Assembly (NCBI GenBank): GCA_951406725.2
Contig: OX597818.1
Span: 43,710,001-43,774,000, forward strand
Direction: 5' to 3'
Source of the DNA: Octopus vulgaris
Lineage: Eukaryota
DNA: 64,000 nt
Shown: piece by piece, positions 1 to 10,428 of the stretch
Layout of the letters: each line of letters begins with the position of its first letter
Position numbering within the stretch: position 1 is the stretch's first letter
Program-made: the position numbers and the translations under genes
Notes under the pieces: generated by a model
The model's database searches: none
What the model was told of the DNA's origin: nothing
Seen by the model: the letters and a program-made list of their open reading frames with translations, nothing else

Positions 1-125
1 GTTTTGTTCTATATTATTATATTTGACATTAATGTTCATATGTAGTGGTTTAATAAATTATGTGATTGGGTATTATCTGGTTGTTGATTATTGATTAAGA
101 TGTATTTCTCCATTTTCTTATTTTG

Positions 126-157
<32 letters not shown>

Positions 158-326
158 TTTATTTATCAATTTGTTTTGCAAGATTCCTGATGTAAAATCG
201 TGTGTTGAAACAGATGTTGTATTTCGGGATGGTCATTTTTTTTTGCCAAATAAACACAAGCACTATATATATTTTTCTTCACTCATTTATTGCTGCTCTC
301 ATTTTATTATTTCAACTCATGTCCAT

Positions 327-371
327 TGTCCGGAAATCTTTCCTCACACATCTGTGACCCTTTCAGTGACA
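327..371 (-). ncRNA. Degenerate minimal type I hammerhead-like motif (left arm)
   Basis: Minus strand reads UGUCA-CUGAAAG-G-GUCACA-GAUG-UGUGAG-GAAA-GAUUUC-CGGACA. The core is mutated relative to CUGANGA. Confidence 0.45.
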
Positions 372-913
372 CTTTTCATTTTCATGTGTGTTCTTGCTCC
401 ACTTACTCCATTCTGTTCTTCTAACATGTGTACCTTTATGTGCACATGCATTTGTGTCCTTGTGTGTGTGTATGCATGTGTGCGCATGCATGCATGCGTG
501 CGAGTGTGTGTGTGTATGCTTGTGTGCATGTGTCATAGTTTTTAGTAGCAGTGTGGCCTTCCCCTCAACCCATCCTCTCCATTGTGCTGCTGCTATCCTA
601 AGACCAAAAAATATATATATAGTACAATTCCTATATTCTTCTGTGTTCCCATTCCATGGTGTTTCCATTGTGGCAGATGTTATTGTTGTTATTCTCATTG
701 TTGACATTGTTATGGCCGTCCATGAAGTTTCATGTGTGTGTGTGTATGGGTTTACTTCTTATATATCCATGCCCTTCATATAGTTTTATTTATTTATTCT
801 ATCTATCTCTGTCTTACATTTATCACAGGTATATGACAGATATATTTATTTACTTTTTTTTATACCTCTGTCTCTATTTCTCATAAGTATCACAGGTAAA
901 TACATACATGTCT

Positions 914-1767
914 CATCATCATCATCATTCAGCGTCCGCTTTCCATGCTAGCATGGGTTGGACGGGTCAACTGGGGTCTGTGAGGCTGGAAGGCTTCGTC
1001 AGGCCCAGTCAGATCTGGCAGTGTTTCTACGGCTGGATGCCCTTCCTAACGCCAACCACTCCGCGAGTGTAGTGGGTGTTTTTTACGTGCCACCTGCACA
1101 GGTGCCAGACAGAGCTGGCGAACGGCCACGAACGGACGGTGCTTTTACGTGTCACCGGCACGGGGGCCAGCCGAGGCTGGCAACGGACACGAACGGATGG
1201 TGCTTTTACGTGCCACCGACACGGGGCCAGCCAGAGCTGGCAAACGGCCACGAACGGACGGTGCTTTTACGTGTCACCGGCACGGGGCCAGGCGAGGCTG
1301 GCAACGAACACGAACGGATGGTGCTTTTACGTGCCACCGACACGGGGGCCAGGCAGAGCTGGCAAACGGCCCGGCATGGGTGCCAGACGAGACTGACAGC
1401 GGACACGAATGGATGGGTCACTTAACCCCTGCTTTCTGATATATGATTTGATTTTGATTGTTCTCACTGGTCTTGCCGGGTCTTCTCACGCACAGCATAC
1501 TTCCATAGGTCTCGGTCTCTGGTCATTTCCTTGGTGAGACCTAGAGTTCGAAGGTCGTGCTTCACCACCTCGACCCAGGTTTTCCTGGGTCTACCTCTTC
1601 CACAGGTCCCCTCAACTGCCAGGGTGTGGAACTTTTTCACACACCTATCTTCATCCATTCTCGCCACATGACCATACCAGCGCAATCATCTCTCTTGCAC
1701 ACAACATCTGATGCTTCTTAGGTCCAACTTTTCTCTCGAGGTACTTACACTCTGTCGACTATGAACT
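914..1767 (-). mobile_element. 5'-truncated RTE-clade LINE (family A), 3' end with (GAT)n tail
   Basis: ORF 1464-1685 encodes the RTE C-terminus (RWYGHVARM...GRGRPRKTW). There are ~60-bp tandem 3'UTR units at 1075-1380, (CAT)n at 914, and a TSD atgtct at 908-913 and 1768-1773. Confidence 0.9.
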
Positions 1768-3041
1768 ATGTCTGTTGTGTGCAAATTACCTTGTATGTTT
1801 CTGTGTATCATTTACGGTTTTTTCTTTTCTTTCCTTTCAATTTTCCTCTCTCTCTTCTCATCCCTACTGTCTTTAGCCATGTGTTGTGGTGTGGTGGTGG
1901 GTGTTACTGTTCCATTCTTGTTTTCTATTGAGGCTCGGCCTGTCTACTGCTATGTGCATAGCCTCTGTAATCTGTCTAAGTGTCGTGTCAGTTCTATGTG
2001 TCTGATGAGCTTTTCTCTTCTTTGAGCTCTCACTAATGTTCACCAATGTGCTCACCCATATAGCTTTCGATGTACTGAGGGATGGTGCAGAAACATGATA
2101 AATACCTACATTGGAGAGACTGCATGCAGCATAGGAGAGTGTATAGGTGAACATTGGTGAGAGCTCAAAGAAGGGAAAAGCATATCAATGCTCTACCAAT
2201 ATGCTCAGGCAGAACATGGAGGTTCAATTAACAGTATAGTGGTTAAAATACTATCAACACGTAGAACTGGCACAACACTTAGACAGATCACAGAAGCTAC
2301 ATGCATAACAGTAGATAAACTGAGCCTCAACAGAAAACAAGAATGGACAGTAACATCCACCACCACATCACACCACATGACTAAAGACAGTAGGGATGAG
2401 AAGAGAGAGAGGGAAAATGAAAGAAAAGAAAAAAAATTGCAAATAATACACAGAAACATACAGAGAAATACATACACAATAGACATATGTGCATTTACCT
2501 ATGATACATATGAGAAATAGAGATAGATGCATAAAAACGAGTAAGTAAATAAATAAATATATAAATATACCTGTCACATACCTGGATAAATGTAAGACAG
2601 AGATAGATAAAATAAATAAATAAAACTATATAAAGGGCATGGATATATAAGAAGCGAACCCATACACACACACACACACATGAAACTTCATGGACAGTCA
2701 TAACAATGTCAACAACACAACTAACACAGTCAGCAGTGCCAATGATGACAACAACAATTACCACAATGGGAATTCTGTAGGTGAACAGATATACACAGAG
2801 AAATACAGGAACTGCACCATATTTTTTCTTTCAGGTCTTTGGACAGTAGCAGCACAATGGGATGAGAGAATGGGGTTGAGGGAAATGCCACACTGCTGCT
2901 AAAAACTATGACACACACAAGCATATACACATACACACACACGCACAAACAAGGACACAAACATATGCGCACACGTAAAGATACACATGTTGGAAGAACA
3001 GAATGGAGTAAGTGAAGCAAGAACATGTAAAAAACGAAAAG

Positions 3042-3086
3042 TGTCACTGAAGAGGTTGCAGGTGTGTGACAAAAGATTTCCGGACA
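3042..3086 (+). ncRNA. Degenerate minimal type I hammerhead-like motif (right arm)
   Basis: UGUCA-CUGAAGA-G-GUUGCA-GGUG-UGUGAC-AAAA-GAUUUC-CGGACA. CUGANGA is intact, stem II is kept by G:U pairs, and GAAA is mutated to AAAA. Confidence 0.5.
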
Positions 3087-3365
3087 AAGGACATGAGTTA
3101 AAATAATAAAATGAGAACAGCAATAAATAAGTGAAGAAAAAATATATAGTGAGTGTGTCTATTTGGCAGAAAATAAAATGACCATCCCGAAATACAACAA
3201 TGTGTGTGTGTGTGTGTGTGTGTGCGTGCGTGTTTGAGATGCGACTACTGCCAACATCATCTAGCTAAGTCTATGAGTGCAATATCATTTACGTAACTTG
3301 GAATCATGTTATGTCACCTGATGAGACATTTCTGCACTGTGGGGTGCATTGGAATTCATTATACC

Positions 3366-3597
3366 TATATTCTTTACTACCCACAAGGGGCTAAACACAG
3401 AGGGTACAAACAAGGATAGACAAATGGATTAAGTCGATTACATTGACCCCAGTGCTTAACTGGTACTTATTTAATTGACCCCGAAAGGGTAAAAGGCAAA
3501 GTCGACCTCGGCGGAATTTGAACTCAGAATGCAGCGGTGGATGAAATATCACAAAGCATTTTGCCCGGTGTGCTAACAATTCTGCCAGCTCGCCGCC
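3366..3597 (-). mobile_element. tRNA-derived SINE family A (Nin/Deu-domain-like core)
   Basis: Minus strand: GGCGGCGAGCTGGCAGAA head, B-box GAGTTCAAATTC, core GCCTTTT...CCTTTCGGGGTC...TAAGTACC. TSD ttggaattcattatacc at 3349-3365 and 3598-3614. Confidence 0.85.
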
Positions 3598-4058
3598 TTG
3601 GAATTCATTATACCATTCCCCACCCACTAGCAAGCAGAGCAGAACTATGCTGAAATGATCGTTGTGTTAAATAAAGTTTCCAGCATGTACTGTCTTCCAT
3701 ATCAATTATTTAGAATATAAGTGGCATTAGGAAGGGCATTCAACCACTTTCTCTTCACAAAGAACAATAGTTTTCATTGCTTATTCAGTCAAGGGAAAAT
3801 ATTGATATGGAGTAAGAAAATTACTTTGGGTTTACTTAGGTTTTCACTTGACAATTCATAGATATGCAAACTATAAGCTATGGCAATCACAAAAGAAGCA
3901 GAATCTGCAGAATTTTACAAATTGATGTACGTTCAATGTGAGCCTTAAAGATAGGCTGGGGATAGTTCAGAAATAACTAGGGATCAGAAACACTTGTCAA
4001 TATACACAAAAGAGATAATTATGCTGGTATGGTTATGTGAGTAAATAAATTATGAATG

Positions 4059-4445
4059 ACTAGCATTATGACCCGGCGTTGCTGGGTCATAGTGCTAGTG
4101 CATGCATATACAGCTGCGTGCGTGCACACATACATGCGAGTACTGTCCAAATCTCCAACCAATCACATACAGCTAGCAAGCTTTCAATTGGCATATCAAG
4201 TTTCGGGCATTTTGATTGGGTTTTGGATAGAAAATCCACAAAAAAAGTCACTTCTATTGATTTTTTAATGACTTTGCAGGGTGATTGGAGAAATGTAAAG
4301 ATGTGCACGGCCACCCTTGGACGGTTTTGAATAACCATAGAAAGTGCGAGCCCTCTAACTGAAAAATTGTAGATTTGTATAAAGGACGTGCGCGCGCACA
4401 CACACACACACACACAGACATTTTGCCATTTATATATATAGAGAT
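4059..4445 (+). mobile_element. Helentron/HINE-like non-autonomous repeat
   Basis: Starts ACTAGCA..ACCCGGCGTTGCTGGGT (subterminal hairpin) and ends with (CA)n-acagaca...ttatatatatagagat. Same termini as 12921-13298. The class is inference. Confidence 0.5.
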
Positions 4446-4882
4446 GTGCAAAAACATTGTTACTTGATAATAATAGTTCAAAAGACTGAGGTAGACCTAA
4501 CAAAATTTAGGTTTAAGAGTTTCGGTTCAGATGATAAAATTTGTGGGAAAATAATGTACTATGGCTAAGTCTAACTTATAATCCTTTTTCTCAACTATTT
4601 TATTCTGTCAAAGATGCTTCTTCTCTTTTTTTTTTTTAGGCAAGATTGTTTAGACTTGGTGATGATTCTTATTAAAAGAACTTTTAAGTTAGAATGAAAT
4701 GGTTTCATATTACCCACTGAAGACATTAGAATTTGAAATATTGCTGCCGGCAAAACAATTTACTACGCAGCAAATACTCTAGCTACTCATAACAGTAATT
4801 TATTCTTGTTAATTTTTTTTTTTTTTTTTTTAGACTGGAATTTTTATTGGAATATAAGATGTATGTATATGATGATGATGAT

Positions 4883-5681
4883 CATCATCATTGTTTAACG
4901 TCCACTTTCCATGCTAGCATGGGTTGGACGATTTGATTGAGGGCTGGCGAACCAGATGGCTGCACCAGGCTTCAATCTTGATCTAGCAGAGTTTCTACAG
5001 CTGGATGCCCTTCCTAATGCCAACCACTCCAAGAGTGTAGTGGGTGCTTTTACATGCCACTGGCATGGGGGCCAGTCAGGCGGTACTGGCAACGACCTCG
5101 CTTGAATCTTTTTACACATGCCACCGGCATAGGTGCCAGTAAGGCGATGCTGGTAATGATCATGCTTGAATGGTGCTTTTTATGTGCCACCGGCACAGAG
5201 GTCAGATAGCTGCTCTGGCAACGATCACACTTGGATGATGCTCTTGATACCCTACTAGCACGGGGCTCGAGTGCCAGTAGTGTGACGCTGGTAACGATCA
5301 TGCTTGGATGGTGCCTTTTAAGTGCCACTGGCACGGAAGCCGGTTAGCCGCTCTGTCAATGATCACACTTGTATGGTGCTCTTTGCACCCCGCTAACACG
5401 GACACCAGTCATCGAATTTGATTTTGATTTTTGATTTCACATGCCTCAACAGGTCTTCACAAGCAGAGTTTTAGTGCCCAATGAAGGAAAGGTATGCATA
5501 AGTGGGCTGGTAACGCCCCTGGCATAGGCCACTAGATTATGGTCTCATTTGGCTTGCCTGATCTTCTCATGTATGGCATATTTCCAAAAGTCTCGGTCCC
5601 TAGTCATTCCCTCGGTGAAGCCCAAAGTTCGAAGGTCGTGCTTCACCACTTCATCCCAGGTCTTCCTGGGTCTACCTCTTC
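4883..5681 (-). mobile_element. 5'-truncated RTE family A copy
   Basis: catcatcat tail, CCATGCTAGCATGG palindrome, tandem 3'UTR units, and C-terminal coding remnant (gttcgaaggtcgtgcttcaccac). Confidence 0.85.
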
Positions 5682-6344
5682 ACATTAAAATTATATACAG
5701 AAGAAAAAAATGGAAAAAGAGGAGGAAAGAAAGAAAAACGCATCAATTCAAGACTAAGTGTCTCAATTGGTTGCACACCACAAGGTTCAAAGGAACCTAA
5801 TGAAGCATGGCAGCACTTGTTCTTACAGACAGAGCCAGAAGTACTGCTCTAGCAAAAGTAGTCTTGATTATAGACTCCCTTCTTTAACCAGTTCAACACC
5901 TGACTTAGCTAAACTTAATCCAGAACCCATTTCTAAATCGAAATGATTTGAAGTGGCAGTGCTTATCCCTAGGTTTTATGGTAGAAGCAGATAAAAACAG
6001 CACTGTCCTCATGTGTGCTCCTGCTTCACTTAGTCCATTCTGTTCTCTCTTTGGATGGAATGCTAGTCCATTGCAGGTAGACTTTCAAAAGCAAGTTACT
6101 TATCTATTCCACAACACTTACAGTTGAGAGAACCTTCTAAGTGAATTGGACTGTTGAAAGTTAGGACGTGGGTCACAGAAAAACGCAGCCTTAATCAAGT
6201 TATGAACTGTTAACTTCTAGTGCATATCTTTGCTATGTAATCTACTTTCTATCTAAAAACGAAAAAAAAAACACCAAATCTGTAAATTAGAAATTAACCT
6301 GTACCCCCCCCCCAACACCACTTTTTTTTTTATTTTTCAGCTAG

Positions 6345-6690
6345 GTAGCATATGAATCTGCAAAAAAAAAAAAAATTGGCAAAAATCGGTATTTTTAAAT
6401 CCCTCCCACCAAATTCTTCATTTCCAACTTTTTTCGCAAATTTTTTTTCAAAATATGCAGGAAAATACAAAGATTATGATTCTGAAAAAAATTTCCAAAA
6501 ATTTTTCGGGTTAGGGTTAGGGTTAAGGTTGGGATTTAGGGTTAGGCTTTCAGAAAAAAGTGAAAAAAATGAAGAATGGGGGGTGGGGGTAAAGAGTAGG
6601 GGAGCAAAAAAGTTCAAAATTCCGATTTTTGGCAATTTTCCGAAATCTCCATATCCGAAAACGTGGGTTTTTTGAAAAAAAAAACCCCAA
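6345..6690. repeat. MITE-like repeat with internal GGTTAG array
   Basis: Imperfect inverted ends (aaaattggcaaaaatcggtattttt vs aaaattccgatttttggcaatttt) and (GGGTTA)n at ~6508-6546. Confidence 0.4.
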
Positions 6691-7070
6691 TAATTTGCTA
6701 GAAAAACGGGGCGGGGGGGGGGGGGGGTCTTTTCATATCATCTATGAATGTATCATTTTTCGGGACTAGTAAAGAACTCTGTTTATTAAAATTCCAAATT
6801 GCCTCGTGGCAACTTGTATACAAGAAAAGTGAGCTGAGGTAAAGAATACGCACACCACCAGTTTTCGGCCTAATAGTAAACACCGGGTGTGTATATAATT
6901 TGTAACTTGCAGGAAAATATATGGTCATACTTTTTAATATTCAAGCGATATTTTATTCATATCTATTTTTGAACTCATAGAAACCAAGATAAAATAGAAA
7001 GATTCAACACAATTAACAAAAACGAAAACGGACAGTTGACATGTATGCAGCTGACATCGAACTTTACTGA

Positions 7071-7079
7071 ACCGGAAGT
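7071..7079 (+). promoter_or_regulatory. ETS/GABP-type motif ACCGGAAGT in the putative RPN2 promoter
   Basis: Exact ETS consensus ~360 bp upstream of the RPN2 ATG, in a locally CpG-richer, repeat-free stretch. Confidence 0.45.
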
Positions 7080-7430
7080 TAGAGAATACTTATTATTCCA
7101 TAAACTGTTCCGCAGTTATTGATGAAAAATATTTTACTTTTATTATTCAGTTATCATTAAAATTAATGAAGTAGTTTTAGAAATTAAAAAATATATTTTA
7201 TTTATATGAAATTCGCTATTATTCGCGTGTCGAAACAGAACTGTTAAAGGGAGAATATTTTCCTCATTCTCTTCAGCTAACGAACGGTAGAGTGCCACGT
7301 TCAAGGCAACATAAATTGCATCCACAGAGAGAAAGTCTGTCGTCGTTATTTCGGGTATAGTGAAAACAATTCTTTATTATATCTTTCTGTCTCTATCATC
7401 TATGTTACCTGCTCTCTGAAGTATCTAACT

Positions 7431-9308
7431 ATGCGGACACTTTGCATTTTTGCTTTGTTTACGGCTTGTTTAGCCTTAACACCGTCGTCGTATCTTACAA
7501 CTCTTGATCTCGCTCGTTTCAAATCTGTATTTGAATCAGCTTTAACCAGCAAAGATGTTCAAAATATCCACTATTCTCTGGCAGGTTACTTTCTACTAGG
7601 AGAAACCCCGAAAAATCCTGAAGAAATCTGCAACAGTCTTAAAGCTGATACATCGAGCATTGCTTCCATGTACCACGTCTCCACCGCTGCGAAACTCCTA
7701 AAAGCCTGTAAGGTTAAGATTGACGTCGGCAAAACCCTTCTCACTAATGCAATTAAACCAGAATCTCCTGTTCTGGATATATTCCATGCTTTTTATGCCT
7801 TGAAAAATTCTGGAATTCCATTTGATGAAAGTGCTGTACTTGCGGCACTAACCGAATCTTTGAAAAAGGACGATTCACCGGCAAGCCATGGCTACGCCTT
7901 CATAATGGCCACTGAACTCAGCGCGGATGTTTCTAAATTTTACGATAGCATCGAAGATATAATTGCACAGGCTGATGAAGTTGATGAAAAATACTTACAG
8001 TTCGAAGGGGGACTGTATGTAACGTCTTTGGTTGTTGATGGTGCATATAAATTAGCTGAGAAAGTGAGTAAAGCTCCTGCTATTTCTGAAGATAAAGTTA
8101 TAAAGTTAACCAACTACTTCTTAAGTCGCAAGCATGTACACCAACTAAAAAGCGCTTGCCATTTGTTGTGTGTTATAAAAACTCTAACCGTGAATTCATT
8201 CCATGTACCGATCGCCATCACCCGTGCCAGTTCAGTTGCTGTGAGTCCGGTATCTCCCCAGGTTCAAGTTCGTGTTACCAATTTGATGGGTGCCGCTATT
8301 GGAAAGCTGGGTGTAACAGCTGAATCAGCTCGTCATATTTCGGATGATGCCGTTGTCTTGAGCAAAAAACCATTTTCTCCTACAAGTGATAAAGCTTTGT
8401 ATGAATTAAATTTCCTCCAAAACAAACCAACGCGTGGTTTTTACAAAATAATAGTCAGCGCCGCACCAAATAAACCAGACAAACGTTTCATCGGCATAAC
8501 TGGAGCCGAGGTTCAAGTGAAAGTGACCACGCATGTAAGTTTGGAAAACATTGAAATTGGAGTTGCAGACAAAGACCAAACAACTGCGACAAGAACAACA
8601 AAACTTCAATATCCTAACAAGGCTGCTAATCCTCTCGTAGCAGATTATCACCAAAAGATTCTTATGAAATTTCAACTAAAGGATAAAAGTAATGGTCAAC
8701 TAATGACCGCCCATCAAGCTTTTGTTAGACTTACCAATCTCAAGACCAAGCAAGAAATAATCTTTGTGACCGAAGCAGATAATTCCATGACCAATAAATT
8801 TGACTTAGATGTTGGCAGTGGTGCTAAAGACTTTGGCTCTCTCTCTGGACGTTATTCCATGGAACTTATTATTGGAGATGCTGTGATTGAAAATCCATTT
8901 TCTTGGTATTTAGCAGACACAGTTTTAACTTTCCCCGAAGCAACAGCTCCAAGTAAACCAGCAGTAAATCAATATTCTCCAAAACCAACCATTAACCATG
9001 AATTTAAACGGCCTGAGAAACGACCACCTAAATTAGTTTCTTTTATCTTCACTGCTCTTGTTGTTCTTCCTATATTTATCCTCTTTATTCTTTGGGGTAA
9101 AATTGGAGTGAATATCTCCAACTTCCCCATGTCTGTAAGTGCTATTGGCTTTCATGTATGCTTGGCCAGTATCTTTGGTTGTTATTCTCTTTATTGGAAA
9201 TCCCTTAATATGTTCCAAACCTTGAAATATGTCGGATTGCTCTCTATCCCCACATTCTTGTTTGGAAATAGATTACTTAGCAATATAGCTGCCCAGCGGA
9301 AAAAATAA
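7431..9308 (+). CDS. RPN2: Dolichyl-diphosphooligosaccharide-protein glycosyltransferase subunit 2 (ribophorin II), single-exon CDS, 625 aa
   Basis: N-terminal signal peptide (MRTLCIFALFTACLALTP); conserved RPN2 motifs IEDIIAQADEVD..YLQFEGGL, HQAFVRL, LIIGDAVIENP, I.HEFKRPEKRPP; three C-terminal hydrophobic helices. The ORF is uninterrupted. Confidence 0.96.
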   Translation: MRTLCIFALFTACLALTPSSYLTTLDLARFKSVFESALTSKDVQNIHYSLAGYFLLGETPKNPEEICNSLKADTSSIASMYHVSTAAKLLKACKVKIDVGKTLLTNAIKPESPVLDIFHAFYALKNSGIPFDESAVLAALTESLKKDDSPASHGYAFIMATELSADVSKFYDSIEDIIAQADEVDEKYLQFEGGLYVTSLVVDGAYKLAEKVSKAPAISEDKVIKLTNYFLSRKHVHQLKSACHLLCVIKTLTVNSFHVPIAITRASSVAVSPVSPQVQVRVTNLMGAAIGKLGVTAESARHISDDAVVLSKKPFSPTSDKALYELNFLQNKPTRGFYKIIVSAAPNKPDKRFIGITGAEVQVKVTTHVSLENIEIGVADKDQTTATRTTKLQYPNKAANPLVADYHQKILMKFQLKDKSNGQLMTAHQAFVRLTNLKTKQEIIFVTEADNSMTNKFDLDVGSGAKDFGSLSGRYSMELIIGDAVIENPFSWYLADTVLTFPEATAPSKPAVNQYSPKPTINHEFKRPEKRPPKLVSFIFTALVVLPIFILFILWGKIGVNISNFPMSVSAIGFHVCLASIFGCYSLYWKSLNMFQTLKYVGLLSIPTFLFGNRLLSNIAAQRKK

Positions 9309-9367
9309 CTAATGGAACTTTTTTTTTAAATAAGAAACCATTACATCATTTTTCATTCCAATTTAAT

Positions 9368-9410
9368 AATAAATATAAAATAGTAAAAAAAAATAAAAAA
9401 ACACAAAAAA
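9368..9410 (+). terminator. Poly(A) signal AATAAA (9368-9373) followed by a decayed genomic A-tract (9385-9410)
   Basis: AATAAA 60 nt after the RPN2 stop, then aaaaaaaaataaaaaaacacaaaaaa starting 11 nt later. Confidence 0.6.
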
Positions 9411-10071
9411 TAGTTTTCTTTCATCATTGTTTAAAAATATTGGATGTAGTCTTGTTTGTGATATAATTGTCTCTCTTAAAGATAAATTCAAAAATTGAAA
9501 TTTTAATAAGATTATAGTTTTCCAGACTAATTAACTTCATATTTAATGTGTATATTTACAACACACACACACTATCAGTTTGATTTTCAGTTGTCAGGTT
9601 TTTCCTTTATTTATGGTTGTGTTCATGATCTCAGATCAGATTTGAATTAGGAACATCTTATGTTGAATGGAGTTCAAAGCCATGGAAAAAAATAATCTTA
9701 TTAATTAACTTACCTCAGATATTTAGTCATTGACTTAATCTTTTGTTATATTTTCTTAAAAATGCAAGAAATGTTAGTCTAAGAATTTGTACATTAAAAA
9801 AAAAAAAACAGTATCTAAAAAAACAAATTAACTCTGTTCCAAATCAAAATAACATACAAATCTTACAAGAGTCTATTTTTGAACTTTTCTCTCGTTTCAA
9901 AGTGTACTTTAGTCTTTATTTGTATTGTTTGGTACTAAACCTGATAAAAGGGCAACTGGAAAATAAAAATTCTCTGTCCTATACAGCTAGAATAGATGTT
10001 AAATATGTATGTTTTTATGTTCATGTATTTGTTTTGCAAGATTCTTGATGTGAAATCATGTGTTGAAACAG

Positions 10072-10428
10072 ATATTGTTATATTTTGTGTTGGTCATATT
10101 TTGCCGGTTAAACACATGAATTATGTTTACTTCAGCTTTATTATTATTTTAGCTTCTTTGTCAAAGCTCTTTCATCACAAATCCTGTGACCTCTTCGGTG
10201 ACTCTTTATCCCACGTGTCTCCTTGTTCTGCTTATTCCATTTTGTCTAAATGGAATAAGCAAGACACAAGTAGGCACGTTGGATAATGGGTCACTGAAGA
10301 GGTCACCGGATGTGACAAGAGCTTTGACAAAGAAATAATAATAATAATAAAGCTGAAGTGAAGACCAAATTTATAGTATATGTGTCTTTAATTAGTAAAA
10401 TATGACCATCCCCTAGTATAGCAATATA
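10072..10428. mobile_element. Short fold-back element related to 215-3199, with a hammerhead-like motif in each arm (10160-10202 on -, 10290-10328 on +)
   Basis: Arms are inverted around gcttattccattt/aaatggaataagc (10230-10260). Shares ggtcat..tttgcc..taaacac termini and the 5' flank gcaagattc.tgatgt.aaatc.tgtgttgaaacagat with the first element. Confidence 0.7.

Larger units (their letters stand above)
215..3199. mobile_element. Large fold-back (palindromic) non-autonomous element, probably Penelope-like/retrozyme-related; arms ~1 kb, ~100-nt central spacer
   Basis: 215-913 plus 1768-2044 is the imperfect reverse complement of 2146-3199 (e.g. tgttgtatttcgggatggtcatt vs aatgaccatcccgaaatacaaca; gagctctcactaatgttcacc vs ggtgaacattggtgagagctc). 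The left arm is split by an RTE insertion. Each arm has a hammerhead-like motif. The family assignment is inference. Confidence 0.75.

Noticed and set aside
1075-1380. Regularly spaced repeats resembling a CRISPR array
   Set aside because: The 'spacers' are homologous to each other, the context is eukaryotic with no cas genes, and the array is part of the LINE 3'UTR.
123-3123. Many overlapping 60-155 aa ORFs rich in C/V/H/T
   Set aside because: They are translations of (TG)n/(CA)n microsatellites, the palindrome and the RTE 3'UTR array; no protein motifs.
3318-3356. CTGATGA followed by a TGCAC/GTGCA hairpin (hammerhead candidate)
   Set aside because: No correctly placed GAAA box or stem I/III pairing; single occurrence.
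6508-6546. TTAGGG-like arrays (also ~27784, 28723, 47490-47525) as interstitial telomeres
   Set aside because: Only 2-6 imperfect units, each embedded within MITE-like repeats.
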